A DNA stretch of 64,000 bases from Dehalococcoidia bacterium (GCA_965237935.1 OZ250168.1:464218-528217), one strand, 5' to 3'. Counted from the stretch's first letter, positions 27,693 through 36,477 are shown. A program made the numbers and translations. Notes: a model not told the origin generated them from the sequence alone.

Positions 27693-28565
27693 ATGCAACG
27701 CTTCGCACTGTACACCGGCTGTGTTTCCAAGGGAGGATGCCCGGAGCTCTACTCGGCGATAGTTAAGGTCGCCGACATGCTGGGCATCGAGTTGGAGGAG
27801 ATGAAGGACGTTGGCTGCACCGGCGCCGGGGTCCTGAGCCAGGAGGTATCGGACCCCATCAACGCCCGTACCCTGGCCAAGGCCGAGGCCATGGGGCTTC
27901 CCCTCATGACCATATGCAGCACCTGCACCGGCGTCCTGGGTATCGCCAACCATCGTCTAAAGTCGGACCCGGAGTACCGGGAGGAGATCAATCGCGAGTA
28001 TCTTGACGACATGGACCTGGAGTACAAAGGTACTACCGACGTGAAGCACTTCCTTTGGGCCCTGGTGGAGGACTTTGGCATCGACGAGCTCAAGGCTAGG
28101 GTGCAGCGACCCCTGAGCAACTTCAAGATATCCCCCTTCTACGGCTGCTACCTGCGGCGGCCCGACGAGTCCATCCAGATTCCGGCCAGAAAGCGATACC
28201 TGGAGCAGGTCATCGAGGCCGTGGGTGGAGAGGTGGTGGACATCAGCGGCAAGGGCAAGTGCTGCGGCTTCCCCATTCTTATGGCGGAGGACGAGAACGC
28301 CATGCTAATGTCCGCCAAGCATAGCGGCGAGGCCCTAGACAAGGGGGCCAACTGCATGGTGACGCCCTGCCCCCTCTGCCACCTGAACCTGGACGGGAAT
28401 CAACCCATGGCCGAGAAGGTGGCCAAGCGTGACATCGATATGCCCATTCTCCACCTTCCGCAGCTCGTGGGGCTGGCCCTGGGAGCCAGTCCCAAGGAGA
28501 TGGAGCTTCAGCGGCACATCGTCTCCACCAAGGTCCTTTCGGCCCAGGTGGATGTGCTAACGTAA
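27693..28565 (+). CDS. HdrB/SdhE-like CCG-domain subunit
   Basis: 290 aa. Second-half CCG motif GKCCGFP .. TPCPLCHLNL. The first half has the degenerate form GCTGAG .. CSTC. Confidence 0.8.
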   Translation: MQRFALYTGCVSKGGCPELYSAIVKVADMLGIELEEMKDVGCTGAGVLSQEVSDPINARTLAKAEAMGLPLMTICSTCTGVLGIANHRLKSDPEYREEINREYLDDMDLEYKGTTDVKHFLWALVEDFGIDELKARVQRPLSNFKISPFYGCYLRRPDESIQIPARKRYLEQVIEAVGGEVVDISGKGKCCGFPILMAEDENAMLMSAKHSGEALDKGANCMVTPCPLCHLNLDGNQPMAEKVAKRDIDMPILHLPQLVGLALGASPKEMELQRHIVSTKVLSAQVDVLT

Positions 28566-28589
28566 GGAGAAATTAAACCGCGTACCCTC

Positions 28590-28618
28590 TTGACAAAAGC
28601 CGCAAGATGTGGTACATT
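28590..28618 (+). promoter_or_regulatory. putative promoter with no downstream plus-strand gene
   Basis: TTGACA (28590..28595), 17-nt spacer, TACATT (28613..28618). The next annotated gene (hpt) is convergent. Confidence 0.45.
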
Positions 28619-28624
28619 GATTGC

Positions 28625-28725
28625 TGTCCCGAGAGGCAGAGCGGACCCGCAACGCGGCGGGACGGTGGTAGAAATGCCCTGGATCGCAGGCAGCGGCCAA
28701 GCGGAGGTTTCTCGGGGCGCTTTTT
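28625..28725 (+). ncRNA. candidate orphan small RNA (about 100 nt)
   Basis: Follows the promoter above. A 10-bp terminal helix (28625..28634 with 28710..28719) is followed directly by C-TTTTT. Internal GAAA-capped hairpin at 28667..28678. No ORF. The ends are estimates. Confidence 0.35.
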
Positions 28726-29698
28726 ATTCGGCGCTGGCTTCAGGCCGCAGGATCCAGATAAAGGGAAGGTTCCGGTACTTCTCCATGTAGTCCAGGCCGT
28801 AGCCCACGACAAACTCGTCGGGCACCTCGAAGCCTACGTAGTCCAGGGGTATGTCCACCAGCCGTCGGACCTTCTTATCCAGCAGGGTGCACACCTTTAA
28901 ACTGGCCGGGGCTTTACCTTCCAGATACTTTAGCAGATAGCTAAGCGTCATCCCAGTATCGACTATGTCTTCCACCATGATTACGTCCTGGCCCGCCAGA
29001 CTTGTATCCAGGTCCTTGGTGACGTGGACACCGCCATCGTCGCCTCCGGCGTAGCGGGAGATGGACATGAGGTCTACGGAGAGGGGCAGAGAGATCTCCC
29101 TCATCAGGTCGGCCATAAAACAGAGCATCCCCCTTAGGACCCCCACCAGGACCGGCTGCTTACCTGTGTAATCCTTGGAAATCTGCCGGCCCAGTTCAGC
29201 CACCCTCGACTGGATCTGGTTGGTGCTGAACAGCACTTTTTCGATACTCTGTACATCGCTGGTGGCCAGGGGGCCAAAGCCGTATTTGGCCAGCAGCCGG
29301 TGGTAGTCACGCCGGTAGAGGAGCTTTACGTTGACGTCTGGGTAGAGCTCCCTTAAGTGCCTTAGCTTGCGGTTCTTTTCGGTTACCAGGCGCTGCTGGA
29401 GGGTCGTAAGCTCCACGTAGAGGTCTAGCTGGGGCATGTAGAAGTCCGGCGTGAACATCTCCAACACCCGCTTTCCCTCCCAACGCAAAGGAAAGGAGCG
29501 GGGCTCATAGTCCCATTTCAGGCCGTAGAAGTCCAGGATGCGGGAGAATTCCTGTTCGCTGGGATGAGCGAAGTGGGCATCCTGGGAAACTTTGGCCCTC
29601 TCAACGATTTTGGGCGGGGTGTTTGCCTTGGCGGCGGTGCGGCGCCTCCGGGTTTCGACTACAGTCTTTGGGCTGGCGCCCTCCTCGACTTGGGTCAC
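28724..29698 (-). CDS. hpt: hypoxanthine phosphoribosyltransferase with an N-terminal PD-(D/E)xK-like extension of about 150 aa
   Basis: 324 aa, GTG start. The C-terminal ~175 aa are classic HPRT (VIMVEDIVDTGMTLSYL PRPP loop). The N-terminal part carries SEQEF .. TPDFYMP..LDLYVELT .. K. Confidence 0.85.
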   Translation of the reverse strand: MTQVEEGASPKTVVETRRRRTAAKANTPPKIVERAKVSQDAHFAHPSEQEFSRILDFYGLKWDYEPRSFPLRWEGKRVLEMFTPDFYMPQLDLYVELTTLQQRLVTEKNRKLRHLRELYPDVNVKLLYRRDYHRLLAKYGFGPLATSDVQSIEKVLFSTNQIQSRVAELGRQISKDYTGKQPVLVGVLRGMLCFMADLMREISLPLSVDLMSISRYAGGDDGGVHVTKDLDTSLAGQDVIMVEDIVDTGMTLSYLLKYLEGKAPASLKVCTLLDKKVRRLVDIPLDYVGFEVPDEFVVGYGLDYMEKYRNLPFIWILRPEASAE

Positions 29699-29790
29699 TA
29701 TTGCACGTTCCTATAGGTTGGCTTACAAGGACATGATACGCCCCCAAGCTATGGGGTGCAATTGCAAGCTATGACTAGAATATGGGTAGA

Positions 29791-30636
29791 TTAACGTAGC
29801 GCCCCTCTTGCCGCGTTGAACATCACCTCCAGGGGTGGCTCTAGGCCGGTCCAGAGGCGAAAGGATGCGGCGCCCTGGTAGACCAGCATGGGCAGTCCAG
29901 GTAGGATAGAGGCTCCCGCCTTGACGGCCTCCTTCAGCAACGGCGTCTCCGGTGGGCTGTACACCAGTTCCACGACCAGGGCCGACTGCGGTATCAGCTC
30001 CGCGGTCAGGGGGGTCTTCTCCGCATCGGCTCCGTGCCGCATGCCCAGAGAAGTGCAGTTGATGATGAGGTCGGACTCGGCCGCTAGGGGCTTCAGCGTC
30101 TGGGTCTCCAGAGATACGGCTTGCACCGAGGCGGCTAGGGGCTTAATCTCCTCCGCAAGCTTCCGCGCCCTATCCAGGGTGCGATTTGCGATGGCGATGC
30201 AGGCGGTCCCCTCACTGGCCAGGGTATGGGCCACGGCCCTGGCCACGCCTCCGGCTCCCAGAAGAAGGACGGCCCTGCCTTTGGGATCAAACCCGCCGTC
30301 CTCCCTAAGAGCCCGAAGAAAACCTTCAGCATCCGTATTATGACCGGTCAGAAAGCCGTCCCTGTTGACCAACGTGTTAACGGCGCCGATAAGCCGGGCC
30401 GGCTCCTCAACATGGTCCAGGAGCCGTGGCACGACCTCCTTGTGGGGCACCGTAATATTGGCCCCCAGGAAGTCGGCCTGGCGGAGGCGCTCCACCGATG
30501 CCGCTAAATCGTCGGGGTGGGTCTCCCAGGCCTCGTACCGCACATCCAGAGAGAGGTGATCAAAGGCGGCCTGCTGAAACAGCGGCGATATCGAGTGGCC
30601 AATTGGATACCCCAGGATGACAGCCTTCCTAGTCAT
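29791..30636 (-). CDS. aroE: shikimate dehydrogenase
   Basis: 281 aa. GYPIGHSISPLFQQAAF and LLLGAGGVARAV motifs. Confidence 0.9.
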   Translation of the reverse strand: MTRKAVILGYPIGHSISPLFQQAAFDHLSLDVRYEAWETHPDDLAASVERLRQADFLGANITVPHKEVVPRLLDHVEEPARLIGAVNTLVNRDGFLTGHNTDAEGFLRALREDGGFDPKGRAVLLLGAGGVARAVAHTLASEGTACIAIANRTLDRARKLAEEIKPLAASVQAVSLETQTLKPLAAESDLIINCTSLGMRHGADAEKTPLTAELIPQSALVVELVYSPPETPLLKEAVKAGASILPGLPMLVYQGAASFRLWTGLEPPLEVMFNAARGALR

Positions 30637-30729
30637 TACAGGCTGAGTATATCAGGGCGGCCTGGCAAAGGACAAAAAGACAGGGGAACCATGAGCAGGG
30701 GAAACACGTCTATAATGTAGCGCTCCTGA

Positions 30730-30746
30730 GCAAAGGGTCCCTTTGC
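30730..30746. promoter_or_regulatory. perfect palindrome downstream of a TATAAT box
   Basis: GCAAAGGG-T-CCCTTTGC, 14 nt after TATAAT (30711..30716), in the aroE/membrane-protein divergent region. Confidence 0.3.
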
Positions 30747-30829
30747 CATTGCGAGAGAAGCAAAGCATCTCAGGCAACGACCAGCGGCCGCTTCCCAGAG
30801 CGAAACCAGCACGTTAGACGACATAGGGC

Positions 30830-31672
30830 GTGATGCAGAAATCCCAAAAGGACCCCAAGGATTTCCCCTCGTTGGCCTGGACTGATAGAGACCAGGAAGC
30901 GAGTCCTCCCGGGAAGCGTGAAGAGGCGCCCGACGTAAACCAGCTCATAGAGAAGTGGCGCCCAGGAGCGTATCGTACCTCCACCCCTGGGGCACCGATC
31001 CCAAGCTCATTGCCGTCCTACTACCGGACCGCGTACACCCCTCCACCGGCCGAGGCGCCCGAGGCGCCCGAGCCAGCCCAGGCAATCGAGGCCCCGCCCG
31101 CTCCTGTGGCAAAGCCCAGGTTCGAGCTTACCCTTCGACACAAGTTAGCCGCCTTCGTCTGGTTCTCCCTCATCATGATAGTGGGTATGGTGCTGCTAAG
31201 GGACCAGATGCTGAAAATGGGTGACTGGGGCTACCTGGGGGCCTTCGTCATCAACGGTGTGAGCAGCGCCACCATAGTGCTGCCAGCGCCCGGTGGGGCG
31301 GTCGTCATGCTGATGGCCCGGGACTACAACCTCCTTCTCCTGGGGATAGCCTCAGGTCTCGGGGGCGCCGTTGGCTCCCTAACCGCCTATTGGGTGGGCG
31401 TGCAGAGCAGAAGCGCCCTGGAGGAGAAGCGTATCTACCGGGCGACAAGCCGGGTTTTCAACCGAGCCGGGCACCTAATTCTGTTTATCGGCACCTCCAT
31501 TCCCTTCATACCCATGGACTTCGCCAGTATGGTGGCCGGCGCCACCAGATACCCCATCAGGAAATACATGGTCTACCTCAGCATGGGCAGCATCGTGAAG
31601 ATGACCCTCTCTCTGTACGGCGCCGCCGCCTCCTTCGACCTAGTCGAGAAGTTTCTACGGCCCCTCTTCTAG
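30830..31672 (+). CDS. membrane protein, YqaA/DedA (VTT-domain)-like, with Pro/Ala-rich N-terminal region
   Basis: 280 aa. The hydrophobic core YLGAFVINGVSSATIVLPAPGG resembles the paralog at 37330..37935. Confidence 0.65.
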   Translation: MMQKSQKDPKDFPSLAWTDRDQEASPPGKREEAPDVNQLIEKWRPGAYRTSTPGAPIPSSLPSYYRTAYTPPPAEAPEAPEPAQAIEAPPAPVAKPRFELTLRHKLAAFVWFSLIMIVGMVLLRDQMLKMGDWGYLGAFVINGVSSATIVLPAPGGAVVMLMARDYNLLLLGIASGLGGAVGSLTAYWVGVQSRSALEEKRIYRATSRVFNRAGHLILFIGTSIPFIPMDFASMVAGATRYPIRKYMVYLSMGSIVKMTLSLYGAAASFDLVEKFLRPLF

Positions 31673-31827
31673 TCTGTGGTGCCTTGCACAAAAAGTCCAA
31701 CGCTTCTTTCCCACCCACCCGCCCAGAGGTTTTACCCAAAGGGGGACACCCCCTTGAACCCCCGACAGGGAACCTCGTTTCCCTGTACCCTCCCAGGGTT
31801 TTTGTGCAAAGCTTAGTCTGTGGTGCC
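31670..31827. mobile_element. MITE-like 130-bp element with 11-bp terminal inverted repeats, flanked by a 14-bp direct repeat
   Basis: TAGTCTGTGGTGCC at 31670..31683 and again at 31814..31827. TIRs TTGCACAAAAA (31684..31694) and TTTTTGTGCAA (31799..31809). Internal hairpins GGGGGacaCCCCC and CAGGGAA..TTCCCTG. Confidence 0.45.
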
Positions 31828-31844
31828 GCGGGAGCTCCAACCCC

Positions 31845-32480
31845 TCACAGCACTCCATAGACGTAAATGCGGTGCCAAGATTCCGGCTCCCCCTTGGGCA
31901 TGCCCTGAAAATCCGCGGTCACCTCCAGCAAGCGCCACCTGGCCGCTGATATCAAAGCCTCATGTTTCGCCTGGAACCCCCACTTCTCATAGGTGTCCTG
32001 CCGCATGCTGAACAGGATGATCCCTCCAGGTCTCGTTACCCGTACCAGTTCGTCCAGAGCGGAGGCTGGCGCATGTCCTGGGGTCAACACGCCTATGCTC
32101 ACCACTCCATCGAAGCGGTGGCTGGGGAATTCCAAGGCCTCACCTAGAGTCATGCAGTGCAGCTCCCCGTAGACCTTTTTGGCGCGAGCCTCCTCTATCA
32201 TGCCCGGGGAGAGATCGATGCCAACAAGGTTCCTATAGCCGTATTCCGACAAGAACAGCCCCACAAGACCTGTGCCCATCCCCGCCTCCAGGATGAGGCT
32301 TTTGCGGTCGGGCAGGTACTTGGCCAGCAGCTCCGCCCCTCGCTGGGGAAGGATATAGCCAAAGTCCTCCTGCATGTCTCTCTCGTAACCTTGGGCCCAT
32401 CTGTCATACCGCTCCTGGAGCTCTCGGTTGTCCTTAGGTATGTGGATCCAGGGCACGGGAAACTCCCGCCTTTCAGACAT
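31845..32480 (-). CDS. class I SAM-dependent methyltransferase
   Basis: Start moved to ATG 32480 (AAGGAG 8 nt upstream). ILEAGMGTGLVG SAM motif I. Confidence 0.8.
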   Translation of the reverse strand: MSERREFPVPWIHIPKDNRELQERYDRWAQGYERDMQEDFGYILPQRGAELLAKYLPDRKSLILEAGMGTGLVGLFLSEYGYRNLVGIDLSPGMIEEARAKKVYGELHCMTLGEALEFPSHRFDGVVSIGVLTPGHAPASALDELVRVTRPGGIILFSMRQDTYEKWGFQAKHEALISAARWRLLEVTADFQGMPKGEPESWHRIYVYGVL

Positions 32481-32612
32481 CTCTGCGACTCCTTCTAATT
32501 TCACTTCCTCAGGTAGATTGTCCGACTTTTACGTTCATAGCATGAAGCCAACCCCATTATACGGCTTCAGCCGCTTGTCAACTCTCATAGCAGATGAAGC
32601 GTACCAGTCATG

Positions 32613-32664
32613 ATTGACATCTTAGTATCAATAACCTTGACAAGATATATCAAGGTTCTATAAT
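32613..32664 (+). promoter_or_regulatory. dnaJ-hspR promoter with two tandem HAIR-like inverted repeats
   Basis: ATTGA-N10-TCAAT (32613..32632) and CCTTGA-N9-TCAAGG (32635..32655). TTGACA (32637..32642), 16-nt spacer, TATAAT (32659..32664). Confidence 0.55.
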
Positions 32665-32685
32665 AAAGACACTGAGGATTCTATT

Positions 32686-33645
32686 ATGGCCAAGGACTAT
32701 TACGAGATACTAGGCGTGCCCAGAAACGCCCCCGAAAAGGAGATACGGCAGGCCTTCCGCAAGCAGGCCCGCAAGCACCATCCGGACCTGAACCCTGGCG
32801 ATAAGACGGCCGAGGCCAAGTTCAAGGAGATCAACGAGGCCCACGAGGTCCTCTCCAACCCGGAAAGCCGCCGCAAGTACAACCAGTTCGGCGAGAACTG
32901 GAAGCACGCCGATCAGTTCCAGAGAGCCCGGCAGGGACCCTTCACGCGGAGCACCAGAACGGGAACCGGCGTTGACGATTCCCTCTTCGACTTCGACCTG
33001 GGCAGCATCTTCGACCGCTTTACAGGGGGCCGCCCCCCCAGGGCCCGGCGTCGCTCCTCTGTGGAGCATCCGGTTGAGGTCACCCTGGAGGAGGCCTTCT
33101 CGGGCGGCGCCAGACTGTTAGAAATCCCCGCCCTCGAGACCTGTAAGACCTGTAATGGGTCAGGCCGAGCGCAAAACAGGTTCTGCGTGGTCTGCGGCGG
33201 AACAGGCTCCACCGCCAAGACTCGGCGGCTGGAGGTCAAGATACCGCCTGGAGTGAACAATGGGTCCAGCATAAAGATCCCGGGGGGTTCTGGAGAGAAC
33301 ATAATCCTGAAGGTCTCCGTCAGGCCTCACAAGAGATTCGAAAGGAAGGGCAAGGACCTCAACACCCAGGTCTCCGTGGACCTCTACGATGCCATCCTTG
33401 GTGGGGAAGCAGAGGTGACCACTCTCAATGGTAAGGTCATGCTCAAACTGCCTCCGGAGACCAAGAATGGCCGTACCTTCAGGCTAAAGGGCCAGGGTAT
33501 GCCCGGCCTGAAAAAGGACGAGGGAAGGGGCGACCTGTACGCTACCGTCGAGGTGGTGCTACCTGCGAACCTCTCCGAGGAGGAGAGGCACGTATTTGAA
33601 GAGCTAAGCGCCCTTCGTAAAAAGGGGGAAGAGGTAGATGGTTAG
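32686..33645 (+). CDS. dnaJ: DnaJ-family co-chaperone (J domain, only two CxxCxGxG motifs)
   Basis: 319 aa. DYYEILGV .. HPD J domain. CKTCNGSG and CVVCGGTG only. Confidence 0.85.
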   Translation: MAKDYYEILGVPRNAPEKEIRQAFRKQARKHHPDLNPGDKTAEAKFKEINEAHEVLSNPESRRKYNQFGENWKHADQFQRARQGPFTRSTRTGTGVDDSLFDFDLGSIFDRFTGGRPPRARRRSSVEHPVEVTLEEAFSGGARLLEIPALETCKTCNGSGRAQNRFCVVCGGTGSTAKTRRLEVKIPPGVNNGSSIKIPGGSGENIILKVSVRPHKRFERKGKDLNTQVSVDLYDAILGGEAEVTTLNGKVMLKLPPETKNGRTFRLKGQGMPGLKKDEGRGDLYATVEVVLPANLSEEERHVFEELSALRKKGEEVDG

Positions 33646-33967
33646 AGATGATCTCGATGCGCCACGCTACGTTATCAGCATCGCCGCTCGCATCTTAGGC
33701 GTCCACGCCCAGACCCTCCGATACTACGAAAAGGTGGGCCTGGTGGAGCCTTCTCGCTCTTCAGGCAACATTCGACTATACTCCGCCAGGGACGTGGAGA
33801 AGCTAAGGAGGATCAAGGGCCTCCTGGATGAACTTGGTGTGAATCTGGCGGGGGTAGAAGTAATCATAGGTATGATGGAGAAGATGACCCAGATGGAGGG
33901 GGAGATACAACGGCTCACCGCAGCGGTACAGCAGCTCCGAGATAGGGCCAGAGGAGACTCCCGGTGA
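33638..33967 (+). CDS. hspR: MerR-family heat-shock regulator HspR
   Basis: 109 aa. YVISIAARILGVHAQTLRYYEKVGL MerR HTH. Overlaps the dnaJ end by 8 nt. Confidence 0.8.
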   Translation: MVRDDLDAPRYVISIAARILGVHAQTLRYYEKVGLVEPSRSSGNIRLYSARDVEKLRRIKGLLDELGVNLAGVEVIIGMMEKMTQMEGEIQRLTAAVQQLRDRARGDSR

Positions 33968-34007
33968 TGCGCTGCATCTTAACAAATCACGGCGAGGATA
34001 ATGACTC

Positions 34008-36455
34008 ATGGTTTTAAGACCAGACCAGTTTACGGAGAAGGCCCAGGAGGCCATTGTCGCCTCCCAGGAGCTGGTAAGAACGTACAAGCATAGCCAGTGG
34101 GATGTGGAGCACATACTTCTGGCCCTCCTGCAGCAGGAAGGTGGAGTGCCGGTGGAGATCCTGGGCAGCCTGGACGTGCCTATTGAGGCCGTTAGCGAGG
34201 AGCTACAAAGGGTCCTGGAGCAGACCCCCAAGACGGCCTACGAATCCTCTCAGGTCTACGTTACCCCCAGGGCAGCCCATCTCCTGGAAAACGCCAAGGC
34301 AGAGGCGGACCGCCTCAAGGACGAGTTCATCAGCACCGAGCACCTGCTGATTGCCGCCACCATGGAGCGCCAGGGGGATTCCGCCAGGATTTTGAAGCAG
34401 TACGGCATAGACCAGGAGAAGGTCTATAAGGCCCTGGCCGATATTCGGGGCGGCCACAGGGTCACGGACCCCCGGGCCGAAAGCAAATATCGCTCCCTGG
34501 AAAAGTACAGCATCGACCTTACGGCTCTGGCGCAGCAGGGGAAGCTGGACCCCGTTGTCGGCAGGGATCTAGAGGTAAAGAGGGTCATGCAGACCCTCAC
34601 CAGGCGTACCAAAAACAACCCTGTTCTCATTGGAGAGGCGGGCGTGGGCAAGACGGCCATTGCGGAAGGTCTGGCCCAGAGCATCGTGGCCGGAGACGTC
34701 CCGGAGTCCCTTAAGGGAAGGCGCCTCCTGGCCCTGGACATGGGGTCCCTAGTGGCTGGAACCAAGTTCCGGGGGGAGTTCGAGGAGCGCCTCAAGGCCG
34801 TCATGGACGAGGTGAAGGCCGCCAAAGGCGAGATTATCCTGTTTATCGACGAACTCCACACCGTGGTGGGAGCCGGAGCCGCGGAAGGCGCCATCGACGC
34901 CAGCAACATGATGAAGCCTGCCCTGGCTCGTGGCGAGCTCCAGTGCATTGGGGCCACTACCAGCGACGAGTACCAGCTGCACATCGAGAAGGATAAGGCC
35001 CTTGAGAGGCGCCTACAGCCCGTGCTGGTGGAGGAGCCGGACGTCGACACCGCCATAGAGATGCTCAAGGCATTGCGGCCTCGCTATGAGAGCCACCATA
35101 AGATTACCATTACCGACTCCGCCCTGGAGGCCGCCGCCAAGCTGAGCCACCGGTACATTACCGAGAGGTATCTGCCGGACAAGGCGGTAGACCTTATAGA
35201 CGAGGCGGCCAGCAAAATGCGTATCGACGCACAGAGCCTGCCGCCAGAGCTAAAGGAGAAGGAGAAGCGCCTCCTGCAACTACAAAACGAGGAGGAGGCC
35301 GCTTCTCAGCGGGCCGACTACCAGAGGGCGGCTGAGCTCCGCTCCGAGAGGCTCCGATTGGAGGAGGAGTACAATCCCAACAAGAGTGTCTGGCTGAAAG
35401 AGCAGAAGATAGATACGGTGGTGGATGCTGAAGATATCGCCTCCCTGATAGCCATCTGGACGGGTGTGCCCGCTGCCAGGCTCCTGGAGGGAGAATCGGA
35501 ACGGCTCCTCCAAATGGAGGAGTCCCTCCATCAACGGGTGATAGGCCAGGAGGCGGCCATCTCCGTGGTCTCGGACGCCATACGCCGGGCCAGGTCTGGC
35601 CTGAAGGACCCCAAGCGGCCAATTGGCAGCTTCATCTTTCTAGGGCCCACAGGCGTGGGCAAGACAGAGCTGGCCAAGGCCCTGGCGGAGTTCCTCTTCG
35701 ACCACGAGGAGGCCCTGGTGCGGATAGATATGTCCGAGTACATGGAGAAGCACACCGTTTCCAGGCTAATCGGCGCTCCTCCAGGCTACGTAGGTTATGA
35801 TGAAGGAGGCCATCTCACCGAGGCTGTGCGCCGTCGGCCCTTCCGCGTTATACTCTTCGACGAGATCGAGAAGGCCCACCCAGATGTGTTCAACATCCTC
35901 CTGCAGCTCATGGAGGATGGACGCCTGACGGACGGTCATGGCCACACCGTGGACTTTCGCAATACCATCGTGATAATGACCAGCAACCTGGGCACTGGGG
36001 AAGTGGGTCGCCAGGCGGTGGGCTTCCGCCGGAATGGCGGCGCCGCCAATGAACGGGAGCGTCTGCGCTCCTCTATTGAGGACGCCTTGAGGAAGGCCTT
36101 TCAGCCCGAGTTCCTGAACAGAATAGACGAGATCATCGTGTTCGACCCGCTGACCATGGAGCAGATCCAGCAGGTGGTGGGCCTGATGGTGGGCGAGGTG
36201 CAGAAGCGTCTAACCGAACGCCAGGTAACCTTCGATCTCACCGGCGAGGCCACGGAGTGGCTGGCTAAGGAGGGCTACGACCCTGTCTTTAACGCCCGGC
36301 CCCTGCGAAGATTTATCCAGCGACACCTGGAGAACCCCCTCTCCAAGAAGATCCTGGCTGGTGAGGTCCAAGAAGGGGACCATATTCAGGTAGACCTTGG
36401 GGAAGGGGAGCTGACCTTCGAAAAGAAGGCGGCGGTGGCCGAGGCAACAGTTTAG
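34008..36455 (+). CDS. clpC: Clp/Hsp100 AAA+ chaperone, ClpC-type (short M-domain, VGF-like loop)
   Basis: 815 aa. Clp_N repeats, two Walker A sites ([18 protein letters not shown]), short UVR-like linker (DYQRAAELR), and AVGF where ClpC/ClpA carry the ClpP-docking loop. Confidence 0.8.
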   Translation: MVLRPDQFTEKAQEAIVASQELVRTYKHSQWDVEHILLALLQQEGGVPVEILGSLDVPIEAVSEELQRVLEQTPKTAYESSQVYVTPRAAHLLENAKAEADRLKDEFISTEHLLIAATMERQGDSARILKQYGIDQEKVYKALADIRGGHRVTDPRAESKYRSLEKYSIDLTALAQQGKLDPVVGRDLEVKRVMQTLTRRTKNNPVLIGEAGVGKTAIAEGLAQSIVAGDVPESLKGRRLLALDMGSLVAGTKFRGEFEERLKAVMDEVKAAKGEIILFIDELHTVVGAGAAEGAIDASNMMKPALARGELQCIGATTSDEYQLHIEKDKALERRLQPVLVEEPDVDTAIEMLKALRPRYESHHKITITDSALEAAAKLSHRYITERYLPDKAVDLIDEAASKMRIDAQSLPPELKEKEKRLLQLQNEEEAASQRADYQRAAELRSERLRLEEEYNPNKSVWLKEQKIDTVVDAEDIASLIAIWTGVPAARLLEGESERLLQMEESLHQRVIGQEAAISVVSDAIRRARSGLKDPKRPIGSFIFLGPTGVGKTELAKALAEFLFDHEEALVRIDMSEYMEKHTVSRLIGAPPGYVGYDEGGHLTEAVRRRPFRVILFDEIEKAHPDVFNILLQLMEDGRLTDGHGHTVDFRNTIVIMTSNLGTGEVGRQAVGFRRNGGAANERERLRSSIEDALRKAFQPEFLNRIDEIIVFDPLTMEQIQQVVGLMVGEVQKRLTERQVTFDLTGEATEWLAKEGYDPVFNARPLRRFIQRHLENPLSKKILAGEVQEGDHIQVDLGEGELTFEKKAAVAEATV

Positions 36456-36477
36456 ATTAAGGTTTGGAAATGCCTAG

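Noticed and set aside
28625-28725. The orphan RNA as a bacterial SRP (4.5S) RNA. It shares CCCGCAACGC and GCAGC.GCCAAG-like strings with E. coli 4.5S and has a rod-like fold with a GNRA loop.
   Set aside because: The near-universal domain IV core (GGUCAGGUCC-GGAA-GGAAGCAGCC, with its symmetric and asymmetric loops) is absent. The loop-proximal sequences do not match.
29699-29790. Direct repeat CATAGCTTG x2 and a small CCCCA/TGGGG hairpin upstream of hpt, as a purine-responsive element.
   Set aside because: The repeat is short, matches no purine riboswitch or PurR box that I recognise, and could arise by chance.
34008-36455. Calling the Hsp100 gene downstream of hspR clpB, which is the usual HspR target.
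   Set aside because: The middle domain is short and UVR-like, total length is 815 aa, and an AVGF tripeptide sits where ClpC/ClpA dock ClpP. ClpC-type fits better, though this is by-eye only.
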